A DNA stretch of 64,000 nucleotides from a virus (taxonomy: Duplodnaviria > Heunggongvirae > Uroviricota > Caudoviricetes), in IMG/VR virus record IMGVR_UViG_3300032167_000010. One strand, 5' to 3'. Shown in pieces: positions 1 to 9,234 of this stretch (position 1 is its first letter; the number at the start of each line of letters is the position of its first letter). Under the pieces are notes generated by a model that saw only the letters and a program-made list of their open reading frames with translations, was not told where the DNA came from and searched no databases. The translations under genes and the position numbers were made by a program.

Positions 1-1824
1 AGCTACGGACACGTAGAATTAGATTTACAAAATCGTGGCTTCTGTTTAGTATCAGGACAAAATAATTATATAAAAGATAATGCTTTATCTAATGGCGCAG
101 GCAAATCATTTCTATGGAGTGCTATTTGTTATGCATTAACTGGCGAAACCATAAATGGTATTAAAACTAATTTAAAAAATATTAATATTGATGAAGCTGA
201 TTGTTGGGTACAATTAGATTTTATGTATAATAAAGATTTATATAATATACATAGAATAATTACTCCGAAATCGGACCTTAAAATTTTTAAAAACGATGTC
301 GATGTTAGTGGAAAGGGGCTTAGAGAATCTGAAAAGAAATTTCAAGAGCTACTTCCTGAACTAACCAAAGACCTTATCGCATCAACAATAATTATTGGTC
401 AGTCAATGCCAAATAAATTTTCATCATTTAGCCCAAGTGGCCGTAAAGATTTATTAGAAAAGCTAACTAAATCAGACTTTATGATTGAAGATTTGAAAAA
501 TCGCATTACCGCTCGTCAACAGGCACTTAGTAGTAAAATAAGAGAGTACGAAGATAGCTTACTTGCTAATCGTACTCAATTAAATAGTCACGTAGCTAAT
601 TTAGAAAAACTTAAGCAATTTTTAGCCAATCAGCAAAGACCTGATTTTGATAGCTTAATTGCAGCACAAGCTACCAAATTAACCCAGTTAGAAATGCAAA
701 AAACACAATATGAGACAGATATTACTTCAGTAGAAACTGAGATAGAGACCTTAAATAAAAGACTACTAGAGCTATCTAATGAAAAAGCTAAAGTGAGTAG
801 CGAAGAACTTGCAGCTTATACTGCATCCTACACTCAACGTACCACTGAAAAAACTAGACTTGAATTTGATATTAAAGCTTTGAAAAAAGAAATTGATAAA
901 CTAAAAGCTATTGTAGATACTTGCCCTACTTGCGGACAACACATTCCAAATGTACAAAAGCCTGACACAAGTGCTTTGGACGCTAAGCTAATTCCGTATC
1001 AAGAAGCACTTGATAAAATTAATCAAGATATTTTAAATTGTAATATGCAACATCAAGAATATTTGTCTAAAATTGAAGCTGCGTATAAAGGCGAAATTAA
1101 CGATTTAACAGGTCGAATATCTACGGCTAAGACTTCTTTGCAAAATATAAAAACGAGTCACAGAAGCTGTATTTCAAGCCTAGAATTTGAAAAAACAAAT
1201 TATAATAAGCTTATCTATGATAGACAGAACTGGGATAAGTTTATTAAAAAACAGGCCGATGAAATAAGCACTATTGAAACAGAAATTGCCAGATTAACAA
1301 ATGTAATTTCTATTACAAGTTTAGCTAAAGACGATTATGACCAACGTATTGCTATCATTAAAAAGATGGACCAGTTAACCAAACGAGACTTCCGTGGCTA
1401 CTTATTAACAAATATTATTAATTACATTGATAGCAAAGCAAAAGACTATTGTTCAACTGTTTTTGGCACTAGAGAACTTGTGATTGAAATAAATGGAAAT
1501 GCTCTCGATATTACTTATTGTGGTAAAGCCTTTGATGGGTTATCAGGCGGTGAGAAACAAAGAGTGGACTTAATTTTACAATTAGCAATTAGAGACTTAT
1601 TAACATCATATTTAGGACTTAGTGCTAATATTATTGTTTTAGATGAAATAACTGATTTCTTGGATAAAAAAAGCTGTCAAGCAGTTATGCAACTATTAGA
1701 AAAAGAATTAAATACTATCGAGTCTGTTTTCATCATTTCCCACCACGCGGAAGAGCTTGAGCTGCCAGTAGACTCTGAGATAGTTGTAATAAAAAATGAA
1801 AATGGTATTAGCGAATTAAGCTAA
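1..1824 (+). CDS. SbcC/Rad50/T4 gp46-like recombination ATPase (5' partial)
   Basis: Frame 1 is open from base 1 and contains Walker A NGAGKS (about 91-108, upstream of the ORF-track start), a coiled coil, CPTC zinc hook, LSGGE signature, Walker B IIVLDE and ISHH. Confidence 0.92.
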   Translation, partial: SYGHVELDLQNRGFCLVSGQNNYIKDNALSNGAGKSFLWSAICYALTGETINGIKTNLKNINIDEADCWVQLDFMYNKDLYNIHRIITPKSDLKIFKNDVDVSGKGLRESEKKFQELLPELTKDLIASTIIIGQSMPNKFSSFSPSGRKDLLEKLTKSDFMIEDLKNRITARQQALSSKIREYEDSLLANRTQLNSHVANLEKLKQFLANQQRPDFDSLIAAQATKLTQLEMQKTQYETDITSVETEIETLNKRLLELSNEKAKVSSEELAAYTASYTQRTTEKTRLEFDIKALKKEIDKLKAIVDTCPTCGQHIPNVQKPDTSALDAKLIPYQEALDKINQDILNCNMQHQEYLSKIEAAYKGEINDLTGRISTAKTSLQNIKTSHRSCISSLEFEKTNYNKLIYDRQNWDKFIKKQADEISTIETEIARLTNVISITSLAKDDYDQRIAIIKKMDQLTKRDFRGYLLTNIINYIDSKAKDYCSTVFGTRELVIEINGNALDITYCGKAFDGLSGGEKQRVDLILQLAIRDLLTSYLGLSANIIVLDEITDFLDKKSCQAVMQLLEKELNTIESVFIISHHAEELELPVDSEIVVIKNENGISELS

Positions 1825-1838
1825 TAAAAGAGGATAAA

Positions 1839-2657
1839 ATGCTGTTTAAAAAACCGAATGATATGAAATACACGGATATGTGTGTATTTATAGACCAAAA
1901 TGTGCCAAAAATTATAAACCCAGGTGAAAACCCTGAGCTTGAAAATACTATTTATAACTATCTGTGGTTATTGGTAAAAGCACTTGCAATTAAAAAATGC
2001 ATGTTTAAAAATTTCCAAGACTATGATATGTATTCATATTATGCCGCAAATCGTTTATTTTTGGCTTTACGAAAAAACCAACTTAACCAAGGTAAAACGA
2101 TTAAAGGAAAATTAATTAGACCGATTAAATCTTGCCTTAACTATACTAAAGCTTTGTTATATCCAATGAAAATTGAATACCAGCGTGAAAGTTTTAAGGA
2201 AATTATTGAAGAAGAGTTCGTTTCAACAAAATTTGACGCATTAGCCTTTAAAGAGCGCTTAAAAGATAGCGCCAGGGCTAGTACTGGAGTAAACCATCAT
2301 TTCGGTGAATATGTTAGAGATGCTTTAAAGAAAAGTAATTATATTTTGGATAAAGTACTCCAAAAATCACCATTCAACAGTTCAACTCCAGAATATCAAA
2401 ATTTAAAAATTTCAATTCTTTTAACAAGTATTCAAGTACTAAAAACTAAGAAAAAACTTGTGGCATCTCCACAAAGTATTATATTATGGCACCTTCCTAA
2501 AAGTATGTCTAATTATACAAGAGTTTTATTAAAAGAGTTTTTTATGGCACTAAAATTAGAGATTATAGATTGTTATAAAGAGGCTGATTTAAGCGACGGC
2601 GACCTAGAAAAAATTATATCAACAGCTGCGGAGGACTGGCATGCAGAACAAGAATAA
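1839..2657 (+). CDS. Hypothetical protein (possible transcription factor)
   Basis: 272 aa with SD AGAGGA; helical and basic. Function not established. Confidence 0.7.
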   Translation: MLFKKPNDMKYTDMCVFIDQNVPKIINPGENPELENTIYNYLWLLVKALAIKKCMFKNFQDYDMYSYYAANRLFLALRKNQLNQGKTIKGKLIRPIKSCLNYTKALLYPMKIEYQRESFKEIIEEEFVSTKFDALAFKERLKDSARASTGVNHHFGEYVRDALKKSNYILDKVLQKSPFNSSTPEYQNLKISILLTSIQVLKTKKKLVASPQSIILWHLPKSMSNYTRVLLKEFFMALKLEIIDCYKEADLSDGDLEKIISTAAEDWHAEQE

Positions 2658-3042
2658 CATTAAAAAGAATTTAAATAACTTACACTTATCCGATATATAC
2701 TCATTAATGCTTTTTGTATTATTTAAAGTACAAGGCATACCAGAGTATGCATTAACTAGTGAATTATGTTACCTTTTAGATGGTGCTAATATGACACGTT
2801 TACTTACGTATTTTGCTGGTAGAACTGTAACCTTTCCAACTGAATCAGAAATGACAGTTGTTACAAATGCTTTACTTATGTATCAGTACATAAATATTGA
2901 CGGCGAAACTTTTACCACTGCACAAAATAAGTTAGGTAAATTAACTAAAAAAGAAAAAGAGGCTGTAACAGATTTATATGTCAAGCTGTTGCCTATTATG
3001 AAACAATATAATATTGATAGGAGTCAAATTCAAAAAGGATAA
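2641..3042 (+). CDS. Possible Mor-like transcription activator
   Basis: RLLTYFAGRTVTFP resembles the Mor-family L..FGG..(I/L)Y(I/V)P segment. Confidence 0.45.
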   Translation: MQNKNNIKKNLNNLHLSDIYSLMLFVLFKVQGIPEYALTSELCYLLDGANMTRLLTYFAGRTVTFPTESEMTVVTNALLMYQYINIDGETFTTAQNKLGKLTKKEKEAVTDLYVKLLPIMKQYNIDRSQIQKG

Positions 3043-3272
3043 TGGCTAAATTTGATAGAAATTTAAGAACTTTTGAAACAAGAGTTAGTTTTATACGAGA
3101 TGTTTTTTCAAATAAATATAGACCAATAGAAATTATGGCGCACTGTATAAAATATAAGCTAGACAAATCATATGAAATATATTTAACAGACATCTTAAAA
3201 AATGTTTGGAACCTGAATGGACAAGACCCCATGAAGGTTTTAAAACGTATAGATAGCAAAATAAAGGAGTAA
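3042..3272 (+). CDS. Hypothetical protein
   Basis: TAATG coupling to the previous gene; SD AAGGA. Confidence 0.7.
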   Translation: MAKFDRNLRTFETRVSFIRDVFSNKYRPIEIMAHCIKYKLDKSYEIYLTDILKNVWNLNGQDPMKVLKRIDSKIKE

Positions 3273-3274
3273 TT

Positions 3275-3604
3275 ATGGCTACACAGACAAATCTTATTGG
3301 CGATATAGGAACGCTATTAAAAATTCCTACGAAAATAACTACTGAATTAACTGATAAAGCTTGCTTATGCATTGGCAGTGCTATTAGTGAAGCAAAACAT
3401 AATGGCCAAGATCAAATGACTTTAAATATCGGTATTGGAACTTTAAGTATTAATTTAGTAGATATGGAATGTAAATTTATTCCAGGAAAAAATTTAAAAA
3501 CTGCTATTAAAACTGCGCTCAGCTCGTCCATAGACCCATTAGAATATGAATTAGAGCAGATTTTTGCAGATAAGCTTTTAGCTGTTTGTGATGAGGTAAT
3601 TTAA
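3275..3604 (+). CDS. Hypothetical protein
   Basis: SD AAGGAG; tightly packed in the operon. Confidence 0.75.
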   Translation: MATQTNLIGDIGTLLKIPTKITTELTDKACLCIGSAISEAKHNGQDQMTLNIGIGTLSINLVDMECKFIPGKNLKTAIKTALSSSIDPLEYELEQIFADKLLAVCDEVI

Positions 3605-3606
3605 TT

Positions 3607-4161
3607 ATGAATGACAATTATCCAGTAGAAATTGAAGAATCTGAAACTGGATTAGTACCTGTTGTGACGCTTAATGAAGAGTCTGCAGCCTTAATTGAAC
3701 GTATTATTGCGGAAACAGACGAACAAAAAGCAAAGGATTTAACGCAACTTTTTAATGCCAACCAGAATAAAAAAACTATGGTTAGGGTTAATAAATTAAG
3801 TGATTTACTTGATACCATAACAGATCAAGCATTAGCTAGATTTACGGCCAGACCGGACGAAATTTCGAATAAGGAACTTTTTGATGGCTTAAAAATTGTA
3901 CAAGACCTTATTGAACGTGGACAAAAACAAGTATCTAATGCAGGAGAAACTCCACTGATTCAGATTAATCAACAAACAAATGAAGTTAATTTAGGCGGTT
4001 CTAGTAGTAATCTAAGTAGAGATTCTAGAGAAAGAGTTAAGTCGGCGGTAATAAGTTTACTATCAAGTATTACTAATGCTCAAACTACTGTAGAAACACC
4101 TACGGAAGAATTGCAAATAGAAGATGAAACAATTCAGGAGGACTCTAATGGAAACGAATAG
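3607..4161 (+). CDS. Hypothetical helical protein
   Basis: SD GAGGT; 184 aa. Confidence 0.75.
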   Translation: MNDNYPVEIEESETGLVPVVTLNEESAALIERIIAETDEQKAKDLTQLFNANQNKKTMVRVNKLSDLLDTITDQALARFTARPDEISNKELFDGLKIVQDLIERGQKQVSNAGETPLIQINQQTNEVNLGGSSSNLSRDSRERVKSAVISLLSSITNAQTTVETPTEELQIEDETIQEDSNGNE

Positions 4162-4456
4162 TACAATACAAAAAATCTTGGCCCGTTTAGAACTGGAAGA
4201 AACAGGTAGATATGATAACAAATTTTATGTTATTGACATAACTGATAGCAACGAATATGCTAAGATGTACACAAAGTTAAGTAAAAATGCTATTGATACA
4301 GAATATCCTACTTTTGGCACAAATACAAACAATTCTACTGTAAAAGTTACTAATTATTTTGAATTAGAAGAAGATAATCAAAAATATAATATTTTCTTAA
4401 TTGCAGACTTTGATAATGACAAATACTATCTAAAAATCGGAGGCTTTGAAAAATAA
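4148..4456 (+). CDS. Hypothetical protein
   Basis: SD AGGAGG before ATG at 4148 (preferred over 4124). Confidence 0.75.
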   Translation: METNSTIQKILARLELEETGRYDNKFYVIDITDSNEYAKMYTKLSKNAIDTEYPTFGTNTNNSTVKVTNYFELEEDNQKYNIFLIADFDNDKYYLKIGGFEK

Positions 4457-4818
4457 TGATTTTTGAGTATTCAGCAACTAGAACTTTTAATGAGATGATA
4501 GACATAGTTGATATTGGAAATATGGCCTTACGCTGCACTAAAGAAAAAGATGCTTGTGAGTATTTTATTATTACAAAAACTGTATTTGGCAAAACATCTA
4601 TTATTAAGTTTGGACCAGTATGTCCAGATATTGATATGTTAATTGATGGTTTTGAAGTGGAATATAAAAAAATGGATTATAAAGAATCTAAGATAGAAAA
4701 AGAGATAGATAAATTTATAAATGACTTCAAAAAAGAAGTTTCTTTAGTAGAAGAAATTACTGAATATGAAGCGTGGCAAAATTTTCCTGAAATACAGCAA
4801 TTATTTAAATTATCTTAA
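4456..4818 (+). CDS. Hypothetical protein
   Basis: TAATG coupling; SD GGAGG. Confidence 0.75.
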   Translation: MIFEYSATRTFNEMIDIVDIGNMALRCTKEKDACEYFIITKTVFGKTSIIKFGPVCPDIDMLIDGFEVEYKKMDYKESKIEKEIDKFINDFKKEVSLVEEITEYEAWQNFPEIQQLFKLS

Positions 4819-4829
4819 GGAGTTATGTT

Positions 4830-5198
4830 ATGGCAGTAAAAGATGTAAGAGAGTATTTTTATACAATGCTCAGTCAATATTTAGAAGAAAAACAAAATTT
4901 AGCTGATTTTGAAGAGGCGTTAAAAGAAGGTTTTATAACAGAAGAACAAATGCAAGAAGCGATGAACAATGTTGCAGCACTCGAAACTAATTATCATAGG
5001 CTTGTGTATATTATGTACCTTTTAGATATGCCTAAGCGTAAAGCTAAAAAAACACAATATGTAAAACAATACAAAACAATTTTAGAAGAACTTAAGAAAT
5101 TGGGAGCAGATTTAGATTCAGTAAAAGCTGAAAATTCGGATGCACTTATTCATTTTAAAGCTGCGCTTAATACGCTTAAAAAAGAAAGCAAGCAATAA
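4830..5198 (+). CDS. Hypothetical helical protein
   Basis: SD AAGGAG; followed by a terminator. Confidence 0.75.
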   Translation: MAVKDVREYFYTMLSQYLEEKQNLADFEEALKEGFITEEQMQEAMNNVAALETNYHRLVYIMYLLDMPKRKAKKTQYVKQYKTILEELKKLGADLDSVKAENSDALIHFKAALNTLKKESKQ

Positions 5199-5212
5199 AT
5201 GCTTGCTTTTTA
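5185..5212 (+). terminator. Intrinsic terminator
   Basis: Stem AAAGCAAGCA/TGCTTGCTTT plus T-run. Confidence 0.8.
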
Positions 5213-5270
5213 AAAATTATTGAATTATTAATTTATTAATTTAATAACATTAAAAATTTGCTAAATTTAA

Positions 5271-5278
5271 TGTATAAT
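5271..5278 (+). promoter_or_regulatory. Middle-type promoter TGTATAAT
   Basis: Recurrent (T/C)GTAT(A/T)AT motif; a GCTAAATTT late-like variant lies at 5260. Confidence 0.5.
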
Positions 5279-5316
5279 ATATTGTATAGTAAAATTATAT
5301 AAAGGTGAAAATTAAT

Positions 5317-6093
5317 ATGGAAAAAATTATTACTAATGTTGAACTTTTGACAAATGCGTCAGAACCATTAACTTTTTTAACCGAAAAAGGTGCACAAAAA
5401 GAAGAAGGTACTGAAATTATTACTAAGATTAAAGAGGTGCTTGAAGCTAATTCAGAAGTCTTGGCGCTATCTGCTCCTCAAATTGGTATCAATAAGCGTA
5501 TTTTTTGTTTAAGATTTAACGACCAAATTAAAACATTTATAAACCCAATTATTACAAAAAAGAAAGGTTTAAATATTGTTGTTGAAACTTGTAGCTCGAT
5601 GCCGGGTAAAGAAATTGTAATAGGCAGACCTGAAGAAATTACAGTTGTTTATTATAACGATAATTTTGATTATGAAGATAATAAACTTGTTGGAGTTGCA
5701 GCCAGTCTTTTTGATCAACAAGCTCAAATTTTAGATGGCGTACTTCCAAGTGAACTTGGGTTGGTGTCGGATATCGAAAAAGATGGTAAAATTGAAGATT
5801 CTGATTTAGCTGAAATTATTCCATTCTACAAAGATACCTTCTTACCTGCGCGTTTAGAAAGTCTAAAAACAGTTATCGAATCAGATGAAACAGCGAAAAA
5901 AGATTTTAATCATTTGAAATTTACTGAAGGCGTTATTAACGGACGTATAGCTGTTATTGAACCTGAAAGTGAAACTGCTAACAGGGCTAAGGCTAAAAAA
6001 GCTGCAAATAAAGCAATATTTAATGCAGGCAAACAACAAAAACTAATGCAGCAAGCAGAGTTTAAAAACTTTGTTAAACGTGTTAGCAGATAA
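5317..6093 (+). CDS. Peptide deformylase-like protein lacking HExxH
   Basis: LALSAPQIG (motif 1), ETCSSMPG (EGCLS-like motif 2) and DQQAQILDG in place of QHExDHLxG; SD AAAGGTG. Confidence 0.8.
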   Translation: MEKIITNVELLTNASEPLTFLTEKGAQKEEGTEIITKIKEVLEANSEVLALSAPQIGINKRIFCLRFNDQIKTFINPIITKKKGLNIVVETCSSMPGKEIVIGRPEEITVVYYNDNFDYEDNKLVGVAASLFDQQAQILDGVLPSELGLVSDIEKDGKIEDSDLAEIIPFYKDTFLPARLESLKTVIESDETAKKDFNHLKFTEGVINGRIAVIEPESETANRAKAKKAANKAIFNAGKQQKLMQQAEFKNFVKRVSR

Positions 6094-6105
6094 TAGGAGA
6101 ATTTT

Positions 6106-6258
6106 ATGGCAAAAAAGATGATAAGTTTAGAAATACCAGATGAGCTTAGAGAGGCCTTGCGTATTGAAGCATTTAAACGCTCTGTAAGTATTTCAGCAGT
6201 AATTAGACAACTGTTAGAAGAAGCTCTACGAAAGGAGTTAGAAAATGAGCAAAACTAA
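6106..6258 (+). CDS. Ribbon-helix-helix (CopG/Arc-like) DNA-binding protein, 50 aa
   Basis: Not in the ORF track. MAKKMISLEIPDELREALRIEAFKRSVSISAVIRQLLEEALRKELENEQN; SD AGGAG. Confidence 0.8.
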   Translation: MAKKMISLEIPDELREALRIEAFKRSVSISAVIRQLLEEALRKELENEQN

Positions 6259-8086
6259 AACCAACACTGACAAAATACTTGTAATCGTGGAGTCTCCAAA
6301 TAAAGTTAAAACTATTTCAAGTATTTTAAAAAATGCTGGTTACGCTAAAGCAGTGGTGCTTGCTTCAGTTGGGCATATTATGGTACTAAATGATGGCGGC
6401 CCTGCCTACAACTCAGGAATTTATCCAAAACAAAAATTTAAAATGAATTTAGCTGTAGCGGAAGGTAAACAAAAAGTTGTAAATGAAATAACAATGCAAG
6501 CCAAAAAGGCTGATAAAATTTATCTTTGCTCTGATGCTGATCGCGAAGGTGAATTAATTTCGTGGAGCATCATTAAATTTTGTAAGCTAGATACTGATAA
6601 ATGTTTTCGTGCTACTTTTCACGAAATTACTCCAAAAGCCGTTATTCAGGCATTAGAAAACCCAGTAGCTTTTGACGATAACCTTGTAAATGCTGGACTT
6701 ACTAGAATGATGATAGATAAGTTAATTGGTTATGGCTTGTCGCCACTTGCTAAAAAATATCTTGGTGCAAAATCAGTAGGTCGCTGTCAGTCAGTCGGCC
6801 TTAAACTAGTATCTGACAGAGAAAAAGAAATATCTGACTTTATACCGGAAATGTACTTTAATTTGTATTTAAATTTTACAAAAAACGGTGTATCTTTTAA
6901 GGCAAAGTATTCTGGGTATAATGATGAGGTTATTGAAAAATTTACTAAGCAGGTCGACGTTGACGCAGTTATAAATAATTGCAAAGGCGGTACTTATGTT
7001 ATTGAAAATATAAAAACAATAAAGCATCAAGAGTCTCCAAAGCCACCTTTTTGCACGGCCACTTTTCAGCAAGAAGCTGCGAACAAACTTGGATTAAAAG
7101 TTAAAGATGCGATGAGCTGTGCGCAAAAACTTTTTGAAAGTGGAAAAATTACATACCATAGAACAGACTCTACTGAACTAGCACCTGAATTTATTCCAGC
7201 GTTAAAAGCTTATATTGAAACTACCTATGGTACTGATAAATACGTTGGACCTAGAAAAGCTAAAAAGAAAGAAACTGACCAAAATGGCCATGAGGCTCTT
7301 AGAATAACAGATCCCACTTTAACACCTGCGGCTTTTGAAGCAACAGGAGCTGCTAATTTACTAGTAAAAGTTTATAGGCTAATCTGGCAACGTACTATTG
7401 CTACAGCTATGCCAAATGCCACTATTTCTGAAACTGTTTATATAATAAATAATAACAACCACAAGTTCGTGCTTAGTTCTAAAGAGCTTATAAAAGCAGG
7501 CTATAAAGAAGTTTATGAATTTGATGATGGCCAAGCACTGTGCACGCTACCAGTATTCACAGTAGGAGAGCTTTTGGAAAATACTGAACTTGAATCAGTA
7601 CAGTCATTTACAAAACCAAAAAGTAGATTTACTGAGGCTGGACTAGTAAAAGAACTTCAGTCTAGATCAATTGGACGTCCTAGTACTTATGCGACAATAG
7701 TTGAAACAGTGTTGAGCCCAACACGCGGATATGCTAATTTAGAAGAAAAGCACATTGTTCCAACTGACCGTGGTATGCAGTTAGCTGATTACTGTGATAG
7801 GTCATTTCCAACGTTAATAAATTTAAATTATACTAAAGAAATGGAAGAAAGCTTAGATAAAATTGCTGACGGAAAAACTAACTGGTTAGACTTTATGGAA
7901 ATTTTCTATAAAAATATACAAGAAGTTATTGGTACCACAAATGAGACCGGTATTGCTCCGGAGTTACCAGAAAGGGAATGTCCAATCTGCGGAAAACCGA
8001 TGGTGGTTAGAAGAAGCAGATTTGGAAAATTATTTTATGGATGTTCTACTTACCCAAAATGTAGAGGAATTATTAGCATTGACTAA
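6245..8086 (+). CDS. topA: DNA topoisomerase I (type IA)
   Basis: TOPRIM VIVESPNK and SDADREGE; catalytic ITYHRTDS; IGRPSTYA; C-terminal CPICG...YGCSTYPKC zinc ribbon. Confidence 0.96.
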   Translation: MSKTKTNTDKILVIVESPNKVKTISSILKNAGYAKAVVLASVGHIMVLNDGGPAYNSGIYPKQKFKMNLAVAEGKQKVVNEITMQAKKADKIYLCSDADREGELISWSIIKFCKLDTDKCFRATFHEITPKAVIQALENPVAFDDNLVNAGLTRMMIDKLIGYGLSPLAKKYLGAKSVGRCQSVGLKLVSDREKEISDFIPEMYFNLYLNFTKNGVSFKAKYSGYNDEVIEKFTKQVDVDAVINNCKGGTYVIENIKTIKHQESPKPPFCTATFQQEAANKLGLKVKDAMSCAQKLFESGKITYHRTDSTELAPEFIPALKAYIETTYGTDKYVGPRKAKKKETDQNGHEALRITDPTLTPAAFEATGAANLLVKVYRLIWQRTIATAMPNATISETVYIINNNNHKFVLSSKELIKAGYKEVYEFDDGQALCTLPVFTVGELLENTELESVQSFTKPKSRFTEAGLVKELQSRSIGRPSTYATIVETVLSPTRGYANLEEKHIVPTDRGMQLADYCDRSFPTLINLNYTKEMEESLDKIADGKTNWLDFMEIFYKNIQEVIGTTNETGIAPELPERECPICGKPMVVRRSRFGKLFYGCSTYPKCRGIISID

Positions 8087-8114
8087 TAATTTAATAGATC
8101 AAAGCATTTTAATT

Positions 8115-8123
8115 GCTAAATTA
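8115..8123 (+). promoter_or_regulatory. Late-type promoter GCTAAATTA
   Basis: Same 9-mer precedes the portal-proximal, protease, neck, sheath and tail operons. Confidence 0.7.
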
Positions 8124-8168
8124 ATTAGATTATTTTATAAGTATAAAAAATTAAAGGAGAATTAATAA

Positions 8169-9212
8169 ATGGCTAGTATTTTTACCACACCAGAAATGCA
8201 AGCAGCAGCAAAGTCTTTTATGCACGATGTAATGGTTGCTGCAGGTGTTCGTGGTTCACAACGTCAGAATTCGACTCGTGTTTTTACGTATCCTGAAGAA
8301 GTTAAAGCATCACAAGCAATTTCTGACGAACTTATAAATAGAGAGTTTAAAGATATTGATAGCAGCATTAATCGATTATCTGGTGAAAGCTTCCAAGCTA
8401 CGTTAAATGGTGGAGGTTGGAAACGTTTCAAAGTAGAAGCTATAGCAAAAGCTATTGTTTATATGGCTGAGCTTCTTAATCTATACTGGGATGACACTAT
8501 TAGAACACCCTATGAAATAGATGAATTTAAGAAAACTGTTTTAGGTATAATGGTATACAAATATGGCAGATATATTTCTGCTGTTAAAGATCCAAAAGCT
8601 CCAAAAACTAAAACTACCAGTAGCTCAAATACTGGAAATGCTACTACTGGTACTGTTAAATCAGCACCTCAAAATGGGTATAAGTCTTCAGGTCCTCAAT
8701 CAGGAAATGTCAGAGATTTACAAGATGTTAGTGGTGGTGCTGGTACTCCTGGCCAAAAGGTTATGGCTGGTGGCAGTTTAATTTATAAAATTATTGCAGA
8801 TAAAGTTGGTAAAAATACTCCTAACGTATTTATTAAACCTTTAAGTGCTTCCGGCGAAACTAATGGTACTAATAAAATTTTTATTAGTAGCGGTAATGGT
8901 TATACAGACTGCACTTGCTATTTTGATGATCCTAACAGTGCTCAAGCATTCTTAGATAAAATTGTTCAAAATAATCGAGTTCCTGCAAATATAGTTAACT
9001 TACGTGTCGTTAAAATGACAGCCGACCCTAACGGTTATTTCCTTGTAGGTACTGAATTTGGTACTGTAGCAGTTAGTGCAAAGACATTAAATGAAGCCTT
9101 AACTGAGGCTGCAAAATTAACAGAAGAAAGGGGCGAATGCTGGGAAAAGGCCACTAAAGATTACACTAAAGAAGAACTTAGAGAGCTCCACGACTGGATG
9201 CGTAGAGACTAA
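8169..9212 (+). CDS. Hypothetical putative virion protein
   Basis: First gene after the late motif; C-terminal TLNEALTEAAKLTEE. Confidence 0.75.
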   Translation: MASIFTTPEMQAAAKSFMHDVMVAAGVRGSQRQNSTRVFTYPEEVKASQAISDELINREFKDIDSSINRLSGESFQATLNGGGWKRFKVEAIAKAIVYMAELLNLYWDDTIRTPYEIDEFKKTVLGIMVYKYGRYISAVKDPKAPKTKTTSSSNTGNATTGTVKSAPQNGYKSSGPQSGNVRDLQDVSGGAGTPGQKVMAGGSLIYKIIADKVGKNTPNVFIKPLSASGETNGTNKIFISSGNGYTDCTCYFDDPNSAQAFLDKIVQNNRVPANIVNLRVVKMTADPNGYFLVGTEFGTVAVSAKTLNEALTEAAKLTEERGECWEKATKDYTKEELRELHDWMRRD

Positions 9213-9234
9213 TTCGGAGGATAGGAAGTTTATT

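Noticed and set aside
3607-4161. Possible small terminase subunit
   Set aside because: It is helical with a flexible tail but far from terL and has no late promoter; unsupported.
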